64,000 nucleotides of DNA, taken from contig NC_058368.1 in the NCBI RefSeq assembly GCF_018350175.1, forward strand, positions 84,384,001 through 84,448,000, in the 5' to 3' direction. The notes beneath the pieces were generated by a model. The model made no database searches, was not told where the DNA came from, and saw nothing but the letters and a program-made list of their open reading frames with translations. Positions 1-10,612 of the stretch are shown in pieces; within the stretch, counting starts at the first letter, position 1, and every line of letters starts with the position of its first letter. Made by a program: the position numbers and the translations under genes. Origin of the DNA: Felis catus (Eukaryota).

Positions 1-1110
1 GTACAGATTCAGTGTAATCTTTACAAAATTCCATTTTTTTTTCAGAAATAGAAAAGCCAATACTTAAATGCATCTGGAACTAAAAGTGCCCTTAAATAAC
101 CAAAACAATCTTGAAGAAAAATAACAAAGTTGGAGGATTCATATATCCTGATTTCAAAACTTACTACAAAGCTACAAAGCCCTCAAAACAATGCATTACT
201 GGCATAAAGATAGAAATATAGATCACTGTATAATTGAGAGTCCACTAACAAACCCAGGTATCCATCATCAATTGATGTTGAACAATGTGGAAAGAATAGG
301 CTCTTTGACAAATGCTGTTAGGATATTACTGGATATTCACATGCAAAGAATGAAGTTGGACCCCTACCTCATACCACATATTAATGTTAACTCAAAATGG
401 ATCAATGACCTAAGATAAGAACTAAAGTCATAAAGTTACTAGGAGCAAATGGAAGTAAATTTTCATGACCTTGGATTTAGCAATGGATTCTTAAATATGA
501 TACCAAAAATATGAACAACAAAAGAAAAATATACATGTTACACTTAATCGAGGACATTATGAAGAAAGTGAACGGTCAATCTCCAGAATGGGAAAAAATA
601 TTTGCAAGTCATGTAGCTAATAAAGGTCTAGTATCCAGAATATATTAAGAACTCTTACAGCTCAATAATGAAAAGATCAACAGTCCAATTAAAAAAAATA
701 ACAAAGGAATAGACATTTCTCCAAAGAAGATGTATAAATGGACACCAAGCAAATGAAAAAAAATATTAGTTTTTAGGGAAATGCAAATTAAAACCATAAT
801 GAAGCAGGACTTCACACCCACCAAGGTGGCTATAATAAAAAAAAAAAAAGGAAAATAGGAGAGATTGGAACCCCCATACATTGCTGGTGGGAATGTAGAA
901 TGGTTCAGTCATTGAGGAAAATAGATTGCTGCTTCCTCCAAAAACTAAACAGAATTACCAATGACCCAGAAATTCTCTTCCTAGGTATATACTCCAAAGA
1001 ATTGAAAACAGATACTTGAGCACATGTACACTCATATTCATAGGAGTATTATTCACAATAACTAAAGTTACCTAAATATCCATCAATGGACAAGCTGTGC
1101 TATATCTATA
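1..1110 (+). mobile_element. Old L1 (L1M-type) ORF2 3' portion, degenerate; resumes at about 2008-2370 after the Tigger insertion
   Basis: Recognisable L1 ORF2 C-terminal motifs (ttcaaaacttactacaaagctac; atgaagttggacccctacctcataccaca; gaatgggaaaaaatatttgca) with many stops and frameshifts. Confidence 0.85.
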
Positions 1111-1168
1111 CAGTTGACCTTTGAACAACATGGATTTGAACTATGCAAGTCCACTAATATGTGGATTT

Positions 1169-1199
1169 TTAAAAATATTTTATTTTTATTTGTTTGTAT

Positions 1200-1230
<31 letters not shown>

Positions 1231-1484
1231 TTTTAATTTTAGACAGAAAGAGTGAGCAGTGGCAGGGGGAAAAGGAGAGAGAGAGAAAGACATAGAGAGA
1301 GAATCTTTTTTTTTTAAGTTTATTTATTTTGAGAAAGATAGAGATTCCCAAGAGGGGGAATCTTGAGCAGGATCCACATTCAGCATGGAGGCTGATGAGG
1401 GGCTCGATCCCATGACCCTGGGATCATGACCTGAGCAGAAATCAAGAGTCAGATGCTCAACTGACTGAACAACCCAGGCACCCC
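1169..1484 (-). mobile_element. Can-SINE (feliform SINEC) with two successive tail regions
   Basis: tRNA-derived head (rev-comp ggggtgcctgggttgttcagtcagtt), (TTTA)n tail, TSD atgtggattt at 1159-1168 and 1485-1494. Confidence 0.9.
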
Positions 1485-1644
1485 ATGTGGATTTCATATG
1501 GTACAGTACTGTAAATATATTTTCTTTTCCTTCTGATGTTATTAATAACATCTGTTTCTCTAAATTACCTTATTGTAAAGATACAGTATATAATACATAT
1601 AACATAAAAATATGTTAATTGATTATGTTATCATTAAGGCTTTT

Positions 1645-1867
1645 GGAACCACCTGGGTGGCTCAGTTTGTTAAGCATTCGACTGTTGGTTTTGGCACAGG
1701 TCATGATCTCATGGTTAGTGAGTTCAAGCCCAGCGTCAGGCTCTACACTAACAGTGTGGAGCCCGCTTGGGATTTCTCTCTTCTTCTCTCTCTCTGCCTT
1801 TACCCCGCTTGAACTTTCTGTCTCTTAAAAAATAAACGAGTAAACGTTAAAATAAATTTTTTTAAAG
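1645..1867 (+). mobile_element. Can-SINE (SINEC_Fc-type)
   Basis: cacctgggtggctcagtt head, CT tract, aataaa tail, flanked by taaggcttt. Confidence 0.9.
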
Positions 1868-2124
1868 TAAGGCTTTCCATCAATGGTAGGATATTAATAG
1901 TTAAGTTTTCAGGAAGTCAAAAGCTATACAGGGATTTTCAAATGTGCATGGAGTCGCTGTCCGTAACCCCTACCGACATTATTCAATGTCAGTTATGGCC
2001 AACTGTATTATTTGGCCATAAAAAGAAATAAATACTGATACATGTTACATTATGGATACACACTTAGTGCGTGTTAAGTGAAAGAAGTCACACACAGAAA
2101 AAAATCATATATGGTAGGACTTCA

Positions 2125-2340
2125 TTTTTTTAAGTTTATTTATTTATTTTGAGAGAGAGAACACATACATACACATGAACTGGGGAGAGGCAGAGAGAGA
2201 AGGAGACAGAGAATCCCAAGCAGGCTCCCCACCGACAGCACAGAGCCCAATGCAGGGCTTGAACTCATGAACTGCAAAATCATGACCTAAGCTGAAATCA
2301 AGAGTTGGACGCTTAACTAACTGAGCCACCTAGGCACTCC
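2125..2340 (-). mobile_element. Can-SINE (SINEC_Fc-type)
   Basis: poly-T, (GA)n and tgagccacctaggcactcc; gacttcattt repeated on both flanks. Confidence 0.9.
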
Positions 2341-2371
2341 TATGTGACTTCATTTATATGAAATACTCATC

Positions 2372-4350
2372 TTAACTCCATTCTGATTTGCAAATATTGA
2401 ACCAGACTTGAAGCCCAGGAATAAATCCCACTTGATTGTGGTGAAGGATTCTTTTAATATACTGTTGGATTCCATTTGTTACTATTTTGTTGAGAATTTT
2501 TGCATCCATGTTTATCAGGGATATTGGTCTGTAGTCTTCTTTTTTAGTGTTGTCTTTATCTGGTTTTGGTATCAGGGTAATGCTGGCCTCATAGGATGAA
2601 TTTGGAAGTTTTCCTTCCTTTTCTATTTTTTGGAACAGTTTGAGAAGAATAGATATTAACTTTTCTTTCAGTGATTGGTAGAATTTGCCTGTGAAGTTAT
2701 CTGGCCCTGTACCTTTGTTGGGAGATTTTGATAACTGACTCAATTTATTTGCTTGTTATAGAACAGTTCAAATTTTCCATTTCTTCCTGTTTCAGTTTTG
2801 GTAGTATATATGTTTCTAGGAATTAATCCATTTGTTCTAGGTTGTCCAATTTATTTCCATGTAGTTGTTAATATTCTCTTATAATTGTTTTTCTTTTTTT
2901 TTAAAGTGTTGTTTAAAATCTTTTTTTTAAGTGTATTTATTTATTTTGAGAGAGAGAGAGAGCATGAGCAAGGAAGGCAGAAGGAGAGAGAGGATCCCAA
3001 GCAGGCTCCAACGTTGTCAGTGTGGAGCCCAGCATGGAGCTTGTTCCTATGAACTGTGAGATCATGATCTGAGTCGAAATCAAGAGTCAGGAGCCTAACC
3101 AATCAAGTCACCCAGGAGCCCCTAATTCTTTGTATTTCTACGGTGTTGTCTGTTATTTCTCCTCTCTCATTTGTGATTTGAGTTCTTTATCTTTATTTCT
3201 CAATAGGTCTGGCTAGATGTTTATTGATTTTATTGATTTTATCAAAGAACCAGCTCCTGGTTTCATTGGTCTGTTCTATTTTTTTTCTGTATCATTTGTG
3301 CTATAATATTTATTATTTCCTCCATTCTGCTGGTTTTAGGTTTTGTTTGTTATCCTTTTTCTAGCTCCTTTAGGTGTAAGGTTAGGTTGTTTACTTGAGA
3401 TTTTTCTTGCTTCTTGAGGTAGGCCTGTATTGTTATATACTTCTTCTTAGAACCTCTTTTGCTACATCTCAAAGGATTTGGACCTTTGTGTTTTCATTTT
3501 CATTTATTTTCATGGGCTTATTTTTTTTCTTTGATTTCCTGTTTGACTCATTCATTGTTTAGTAGCACGTTATTTAACCTCTATATATTTGTAGTCCTCC
3601 CATATTTTTTTCTTGTGATTTCTAGTTTCATAACATTGTGGTCAGAAAAGATGCATCGTATGAATTTACTCTTTTTGAATTGTTGAGGCTTTTTTTTGTG
3701 TGCTAATTTGTGATCTATTCTCTGCACTCACTTGAAAAGAATGTGTATTCTGCTCTTTTAGGATGAAATGTTCCTGTATTTATGGTGGGGTACAGGGAAG
3801 GAAAATGGCACCTGCCATCTTCCTTGTTTTCAGAGATGTCCCCTAACATACTCCAAAGTCAGTATGAACAGATCTGTCTCCTGTTGCCCCCAGGCATTGT
3901 GTGAACTACCTTTTTTATGTTGCCTTACATACAGACTGTGTCCCTTTAAGGGCAGCAACCCAGCTGTCACTCAAGATCCCAGCTTGCCCACTACTGATTC
4001 AGTGGATTTTTAAAGCTCCAGGCTCCAAGTCTCACTGGTTTTACAAACTCACATATATCAGCCCCTCTGGCTTTTAAAGCCAAATATTATGGAGATTAGT
4101 CTTCTTCATGTGAGCTTCCTGGTGCAAGGGCCTATTTCTGTGCTTACTCCATGTGTTCAACTCCCTCCTTCCTGGGAGCAGCCTCCCTCCACCTTTCTGA
4201 CTTCCCTAACTTGTCACATGCAACTTCTTCTCTGTATGTGGAGGTTTTCTGTCAGTCTCTGGTTTATTGACTTGGATGTGGATGATATCTAGTTGTAAAT
4301 GTGGGATGGGGTGAGCTCAGGATCCTCCTACTCTGCCATCTTCCCAAGCT
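2372..4350 (-). mobile_element. Carnivore L1 fragment: 5'UTR (about 3776-4350) joined directly to ORF2 EN/RT part (about 2372-3775)
   Basis: ORF 2372-2743 translates to L1 RT ([39 protein letters not shown]); 5' terminus motif ctcctactctgccatctt. Confidence 0.85.
2921..3122 (-). mobile_element. Can-SINE inside L1
   Basis: poly-T, (GA)n, gtgagatcatgatctgag, cacccaggagcccc. Confidence 0.85.
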
Positions 4351-4534
4351 CCCAATTTGTAACTCTTTATATTAAAACATATATAATCCTGCCCCAAATG
4401 TTCTTTCCCTAGAAGACTCTCTTCTTTTTGAAGATTATGTACGCTGAGCAGCTGTCCTAACTTGAGTTCAAATAAAATCCTCTTCCTTTTTAAAGAAATT
4501 CTACAAGGTTTGTTTCATTTTGTGTTGAAAAACT

Positions 4535-5110
4535 CAACAAATCCTGTTACTGTCACCTTCAAAATGTATCCAGAATTCAATTCTCACTACTTGGCTTGCT
4601 GCCATACAGTTTAGTCAAAGGGGCTTGCAGTAGCCCCTCAACTGCTCTCTCTGCTTCACTCTTGCACTCTAAAGTCTACTCCCCATACAATAGGCAGGGC
4701 ATCCTTGCAAAGCAGCCAATATCTTACCACAACTTAGCTCAAAATTGTCCTCTTCACTCAGGGTCATTTCACAAGTTGGCATCAGTCCCTGTCACTCAGT
4801 TCCACCCATATTGGTTTTTTTGCTTTCCTTGCTGGTCTTTGTATTTTCTCTTCCCTCTCCCTGAAACCCTCTACCCCCACATATTTTATCTGGTCGCTCA
4901 CCAACTCTCTTCAAACTTCTGCTCAAAAGGCACATCCTGAGAGAGTCCTTCCTCATCACCTGCATCTCTCTCTACCTTTCTTTCTCTGCTTTATTTTTTG
5001 TCACAGTACTTATCCCTCCCAACATATAATAATTTTGTTTATTCTAGGTCTTTCTCTACTGGAATGTAAGTTTCTTAAGAACAGATATTTTGTTTTCTTC
5101 TTAGATGCTT
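4535..5110 (+). mobile_element. L2 (LINE2) 3' relic
   Basis: L2-like motifs caaaatgtatccagaat, gagagtccttcctcatcacc, ctactggaatgtaagtttcttaagaacagat. Confidence 0.6.
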
Positions 5111-5466
5111 CTCCAGTCTTGCCCTCCAGGGTCTTAGGTAGAGCAGGGCTTTATCCGGGCATGGCAGTGGGAATGAAGGCAGATCAAGCATGTTGAGGAA
5201 CAGGCAGCTAGCTCACTGGGGCATATGGGAGACTATCAGGTAGAACCAAGCTGGCCAAAAGTTCATGAAGGCCAAGTAGTTCACCAGATGAGTTGGATAT
5301 TATCATCAGCATTACAGAAAACACCAATCCTTGTCTTCCAATGCTTATGTCCTCCCTTCAGACAGGGGTTCAATGTAATAAGAAATGATTACCAAAGTTG
5401 GAAATAGACAACAGAGATTACTAGTGACAAAGACTTCCCTTGACTAAACTTTAGTTAGGCTCCTCT

Positions 5467-6156
5467 TGTCACTGGCCTGACCCCCTGAACTCAGGAAATT
5501 TTTAGTAGAAGCTTCTGTTTAACTGTCAATCTTCCATTTTTTTAACTGTTAATCTTCCTTTAAGAAAATAAACTCCTAGGGGTGCCTGGGTGGCTCAGGT
5601 CATAATCTCATGGCTTATGAGTTTGAGCCCTGCATAGGGCTCTGTGCTGACAGCTCGGAGCCTTGAGCCTGCTTCAGATTCTGTGTTTCCTCCTTTCCTT
5701 CTCCGCTCATGCTCTCTCACTCTCTCTCAAGAATAAATAAACATTAAAAAAAATAATTAAAAAAATGGAAACTAAACTCCTAGAAGCTTCTGTCTAGCTG
5801 TTGGTTTTACCATTTGGAAACAAATTAATAGACTGCTGGAATAGAAAAACAAACATTTGAGGGAGAGCCTGGCCAGATGAATCAGAAAGTGCCAGAGGTG
5901 ACCAATTCAGCCTCATTATAATGTTAAAATCCCCTTATGAATATGAATATGATATAAATAAAATCTCCTTATGAATATTCATCCCAAGCCCTAAAGGAGC
6001 CCTAAAGTTTCCCTTGTTTGGGGGAGATACAGGTTTGGAAATTATTCTCTGATCTCCTTATTTGTACAAATACAGATGACCTTGTGAGGCAACTCCACCT
6101 GGTGGTGGTCTGTTCTATAACTCACTGAGAAGCAGGTCCACTTTGGTTCAGTAACC
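5467..6156 (+). mobile_element. Solo ERV LTR nested in the MER31-like LTR
   Basis: Imperfect inverted termini tgtcactg...cagtaac; flanked by duplicated (c)ctct. Confidence 0.6.
5579..5770 (+). mobile_element. Can-SINE (SINEC_Fc) inside LTR
   Basis: ggggtgcctgggtggctcag head, A-rich tail, TSD taaactcctag. Confidence 0.9.
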
Positions 6157-6520
6157 CTCTTTTCAACTAAGCCTCCACCATGGGCTCCCATGTCCATCCT
6201 TGCAGAGTATAATTTTTTTTTTGTTTTTTAAGCAAAGTGGGTATTTTGTATATTTGTACTTAAACCTATAAACCAACCAGCCAAACTGGTACTATTATCA
6301 TGATACATTAAAATGCAAAATATCTTTCTACAAATACTAGAATAATGAACAAATTAAGAGTTGTAGTAAAACAGCACAAGGGGCAGAGGAAATCATTGAA
6401 GTGTATTACAGCTTAACCCTTCACTGTAACAACTGAGGTTATTAAAAATAAAGCCTCTCAATCTCAGAAAATACAAATAATCCTTTATCACACAGCTCTG
6501 CATTTCTAGTTTCTATTCTT

Positions 6521-6736
6521 TAAAACTTTTTTTTTAATGTTTATTTATTTTTGACAGAGAGAGACAGAGCATGAGCAGGGGAGGGGCAGAGAGAGAGGGA
6601 GACACAGAATCCAAGGCAGGCTCCAGGCACCTAGCTGTTGGCACAGAGCCTGACACAGGGCTTGAACTCACAGATCATAAGATCATGACCTGAGCCAAAG
6701 TCGGACACGCAACCAACTGAACCACCCAGGCATCCC
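6521..6736 (-). mobile_element. Can-SINE (SINEC_Fc) inside the NANOG 3'UTR
   Basis: Typical body; tttctattctt duplicated on both sides. Confidence 0.9.
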
Positions 6737-7214
6737 AACTATTTTCTATTCTTGAGGTTAGATTCTAGAGCCTAATATACCCAAACTAGTATTATATCTA
6801 GGTATCTACAGACAGAAACATCTTTTATCATGTCTGTAGCAGCCAATGCTACTGAAATCTTTTTAATTAGAGTCCAATCATACCTCCTCAATTGACACAA
6901 TAAACATAAAGAAAAACAGAATATCAAGGCAGAGTTATAGGACTCTAAAAGACAAGTCCTAGGAAAAGTAATGCAGTCACTGCCCAAAGTGAGAATGAAT
7001 AATATACTCATCGTCACACATTTTCAGGATGTATGTTCACAGAGTAATTTGGGAATAAATCCGTTATTTCCTGGACACTAGAATGCTTAGCAGTTTGCTT
7101 TTTTACACTTTTTTTTCCCCATTAGAAAGAATTTTGCTGGAAATGGATCTGGGGCTGCAGGGATTCCTCTTCACAGTTGTGGAGCCGATGGTTATTCCAG
7201 GTTCCAGGTTGTTC

Positions 7215-7784
7215 CTAGTTGTTCCGACTGTTCCAGGAATGGTTGCTCCAAGACTGGCTGTTCCAGGTCTGGTTTCTCCATTTTGGAAGATTTCCAAAAG
7301 TGTTCATCAGGTATCCCCAGTGATAAGAACAGAAGCCTGTATATTCTGTAGTTGCTGAGCTGTTCTGAGTCACACTGTTGCTATTCTTTGGATAGTTGTT
7401 TTTCTGCCATCTCATACATTTCATTCTCTGGTTCTGGAACCAGGTCTTAAACTGCTTATAGCTAAGTTTCAGAATGTTGGCAAGTTCTTGCATCTGCTGG
7501 AGACTGAGGTATTTCTGTCTCTGAAATCTATCATTGAGTACATATAGCTGGGTCTGAGAGAACACTGTTTTGATCTTCTGTTTCTTGCCCTGGACCGTAT
7601 CTTCCTTCTTCATTGTCCTCTCCTCTATGGAAGCAGGTAGTAGTTTTAGTCTGGGACTGGTGAAAGAATTGGGGCTGTCCTGAATAAGCAGATCCATGGA
7701 GGAAGGAAGATGAGAGATAGTCTCCATGTAAGGTGTCTCAACAGATGACATTTGCAAGGATGAATTAATTTTCTTCAGGTCCAT
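7215..7784 (-). CDS. Residual 189-aa open frame of the NANOG retrocopy from the first in-frame ATG; includes the whole homeodomain (7404-7583); expression unknown
   Basis: The ORF track shows 7215-7964 open, but its annotated start is GTG; the first in-frame ATG is at 7784 (MDLKK..). Confidence 0.2.
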   Translation of the reverse strand: MDLKKINSSLQMSSVETPYMETISHLPSSMDLLIQDSPNSFTSPRLKLLPASIEERTMKKEDTVQGKKQKIKTVFSQTQLYVLNDRFQRQKYLSLQQMQELANILKLSYKQFKTWFQNQRMKCMRWQKNNYPKNSNSVTQNSSATTEYTGFCSYHWGYLMNTFGNLPKWRNQTWNSQSWSNHSWNSRNN

Positions 7785-8794
7785 AAATCTCAGGCGTTGG
7801 AGAAGAGTCCCTAGAATTGGTGCTTTGGGACAAGATGGGCATTGGGGCTGAGCTGGATCCACACTCCTGTTGCAAGGCCATTGTAATGCAAAAGGTAGCT
7901 GCCTGATAGTCCAGACTGGGTGGGGAACAGGAAAACTGGAGCCACAGAACCTTAGTTTGTCCACAGCTGAAGATTCTAATTTTAATAATCTTGTTAGGTC
8001 AGTTTATCAAGAATCCCGCACCCTGGTATCTGATCACCCTCCATATCTAATCAAGTTCCTCATCCCCCCATCCTCCAGGTGATATCTCATGATTGGCCTG
8101 CCTTCAGCAGACATCCTGTTAGGTCAGTATAGTAAGAACCTCTGTACTCTTGTCTCTTCTCAATCATTTTCCATCCACTGACTCTCATTCTACTCCTTGA
8201 CTCAAATCCTTGCTTGTCCTTGCTGTATTTAGAATTGAGCCCAGTTCTATATGAAGTTTCATATCCTCTACTGTAATAGTTCCTGAATAAAATCTGTTTT
8301 GACTGCTTTACTGTCCAACTCTTGTACTTTTAGATGCTAGGTGTACTCATAGTGGAGTGCTTAGCATTGGTTAGCAGACCTTTGGGGGAATAATTGATTC
8401 CATGGGCACCTTTGATTGACTTGGCTGTTTTTATAAATCTGCAGGCGAAAGCTGATAGCAATGCAAATGGTTTCTGTCTGAGATCAAGGCCAGAGATTCC
8501 TGTTTATATCAATACAAATAAAATTTGTCAAGAGATACCTCTGATTTTTCTCTAGTAAAAAAAAAAAAAAAGAATTACCCCAAAGTAAAAATCATATCTT
8601 TAAACCTCACAGTTTATTACCTATCCTTAGGATATTAACCTGCCTGCCATCTGTTAGCAGTCTTTTCTCAACATTCCTTTGGTTGACTGATTATTTTTAA
8701 AACTCTTCAAAATCTCCTTTGAATTGGTTATAACATCATTTGCAGTTCCTCATTAATGAACTGAATAAAATTTTGACACGTGTGCAGTCAGTTT

Positions 8795-8885
8795 TCCAGG
8801 GCAGGGCTTTTCCGTGTTTGTTTATTGCTATATTTTCAGCGGACCCTCAATAAAGTCTCAGTGAATGAATGCATGAGTGAATGGT
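8795..8885 (+). mobile_element. L2 3' terminal relic
   Basis: gggcagggcttt..tttgtttattgctatatt..ctcaataaa..gaatgaatg. Confidence 0.55.
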
Positions 8886-9389
8886 ATATAGTCTGGAGCA
8901 GAGGAGTTGGGCTTTCCCTTTGGTTGCTAAAACACACTAGCTGTCTTTGCACTGTTGTATTAATTGCCCACCTAAATTCTTTTTCTACTAGGTCTTACTT
9001 GAACTTCCCTGTTTGTCTCTTCATTGTCCACTTTTAGCAAGATTCCTGCTAAATAAGTTTAGCCAGAATCTCCCATTCTTGATATTGATTATCCTGGATA
9101 TCTAATGCAGTTCCTCATCTTCTACTATCCCCAATGTGAGATCTTATCATTCTGGCCCTCCTTCAGCAAGAATCTTGTCAGGCCATTTCAGATAGAATTC
9201 CCCCCTTAACCTTGATGATATTTTCTCCTACTAATTTTCTATCCACTGATCCCCACCTGGTTCCTTAGCTATAAAATTCACTTTTCTTTGTTGTAGTCTG
9301 AATTGAGTCCCATCTCTCTCCCACCCACTGCAAAACCCCATGGCAGCAGTACCTGCACCTATCATGATAATGGCCCTTAAGGTCTTCTT

Positions 9390-9594
9390 GGGGTTCCTGG
9401 GTGGCTCAGTTGGTTAAGCATCTGAGTTCAGCTCAGATCATGATCCTGTAGTTGATGAGTTGGGAGCTCTGCGTCGGGCTCTGTGCTTACAACTCAGAGA
9501 CTGGAGACTTCAGATTCTGTGTCTCTCTCTGCCCCTCCCTTGTTTGCACTCTGTCTCTATCTCTCTCAAACGTAAATAAACATTAAAAAAAAAA
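9390..9594 (+). mobile_element. Can-SINE (SINEC_Fc)
   Basis: ggggttcctgggtggctcagttggttaagc head, poly-A, flanking gtcttc repeats. Confidence 0.9.
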
Positions 9595-9612
9595 GTCTTC
9601 CTTACAGTACTT

Positions 9613-9616
<4 letters not shown>

Positions 9617-9659
<43 letters not shown>
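9617..9659. repeat. (TA)n microsatellite
   Basis: Direct reading. Confidence 0.95.
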
Positions 9660-9662
<3 letters not shown>

Positions 9663-10239
9663 CTTTAATAGAATGATCTTTTTCTTTAACACTGTTTCTC
9701 CTTTATCTCTAACCATGGCTGTGCGACTTGGCGGCGGCGGAGGAGTGATCTTGAAGGATGGGTTTGGCAGGGACGATAGGGCAGAAATACTTAATAATAA
9801 AAACAACAGCATCAGCAATCACTTGCCACTTACTCTTTGGCAAGTATATTTCCACGTGCTTTCCATGTATTAACTAGCAAGAGTTTCACCAACGAAGGCC
9901 AGGGATGAGTGGCAGGTCGCCGTGGTGGGCAACAGCCTGGCTCATGCTCTTTGCCTTTGCTACGTTTCCTGCCTTTGCTGAGTAGGACGCCTGCGCAGTG
10001 GTCACGAACCCCTCTAGTTTTCTAGTGAGATTGCATTTGCCCCTGGTTCTACTGGTTCGATTCCCTGCCGAGGAGATGGAGGTTAGACATTCCCAGGTGC
10101 AAAACAGACCAGGCATTGTTCAGAATTCCAGGCAAGCGGCAGGCAGGAAGATTGTCTGCAGCCTGGGTGTTGGGGGGCGGGGCAGCGCCGCAGGCCCAGA
10201 CAGGAAGTGGACTCTACATGGGCAACGATCTCTCCGGGT

Positions 10240-10345
10240 GTCAGGATGGCCGAGTGGTCTAAGGCGCCAGACTCAAGGTGTTCACCTTCCCTGCGGGCGT
10301 TCTGGTCTCTGAATAGAGGCGTGGGTTCGAATCCCACTTCTGACA
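10240..10345 (+). tRNA. TRL-CAA: tRNA-Leu(CAA) with a 22-nt intron (10278-10299)
   Basis: GTCAGGATGGCCGAGTGGTCTAAGGCGCCAGACTCAAG-intron-TTCTGGTCTCTGAATAGAGGCGTGGGTTCGAATCCCACTTCTGACA; anticodon CAA at 10274-10276; intact A and B boxes; TTTT at 10352-10355. Confidence 0.97.
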
Positions 10346-10612
10346 CATGCGTTTTGTTTCCTTCCTTAAAGGACCCCAACACCTTCCCAGTGACTGCTGG
10401 GAGGTTTCTTTTCTGAGAAAGCAGTAGTACTCTGACTCTCACATCGCCGCTGTCCTCCTCCGGTTTTCCGGATCTGCGGTGGCGGAAGGGCTGCTATTAT
10501 GCGAGGGAGAAAGTTTAATCGCTTGAAAAGTATCCAATCATACTCATGCTCCCAACTTACGTCATACATCACATATTTAGTATAGCCCATTGCAAACATT
10601 ACTGATAGGTGT

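Larger units (their letters stand above)
1111..2005. mobile_element. Non-autonomous Tigger2-type (TcMar-Tigger) DNA transposon, interrupted by two SINEs
   Basis: Starts CAGTTGACCTTTGAACAACATGGATTTGAACT and ends ...CAACTG; TA on both sides (1109-1110, 2006-2007), the TcMar TSD. Confidence 0.8.
6212..7975 (-). pseudogene. NANOG: NANOG processed retrocopy (5'UTR, intronless CDS remnant 7014-7868, 3'UTR, poly-A tail)
   Basis: Translation SVDPAQPQC...[13 protein letters not shown]...[42 protein letters not shown] plus W-repeat; no introns; poly-T at about 6212-6229; ATG changed to AGG (7866-7868); premature TAG at 7215-7217; C-terminus ..TDLFPNYSVNIHPENV* ends at 7014. Confidence 0.95.
5425..8325 (+). 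mobile_element. MER31-like ERV1 LTR, split into three pieces (5425-5466, 6157-6211, 7976-8325) by a second LTR and the NANOG retrocopy
   Basis: Begins tgacaaagacttcccttgactaaactttagttaggctcctct; the pieces read contiguously once inserts are removed; aataaa near 8286; subfamily name from recalled consensus. Confidence 0.65.
8965..9691 (+). mobile_element. Second MER31-like LTR, interrupted by a SINE and (TA)n
   Basis: ttttagcaagattcctgctaaataagtttagccagaatctccc parallels 7990-8030; ends tttctttaaca. Confidence 0.6.

Noticed and set aside
7215..7964. 249-aa ORF taken as the functional NANOG gene
   Set aside because: It is intronless and poly-A tailed, the ancestral ATG is lost, the track's start is a GTG in the former 5'UTR, and there is a premature stop: a retrocopy, not the parent gene
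9886..10599. Cluster of overlapping ORFs around the tRNAs
   Set aside because: A by-product of high GC content; they overlap the tRNA gene and resemble no protein I recognise
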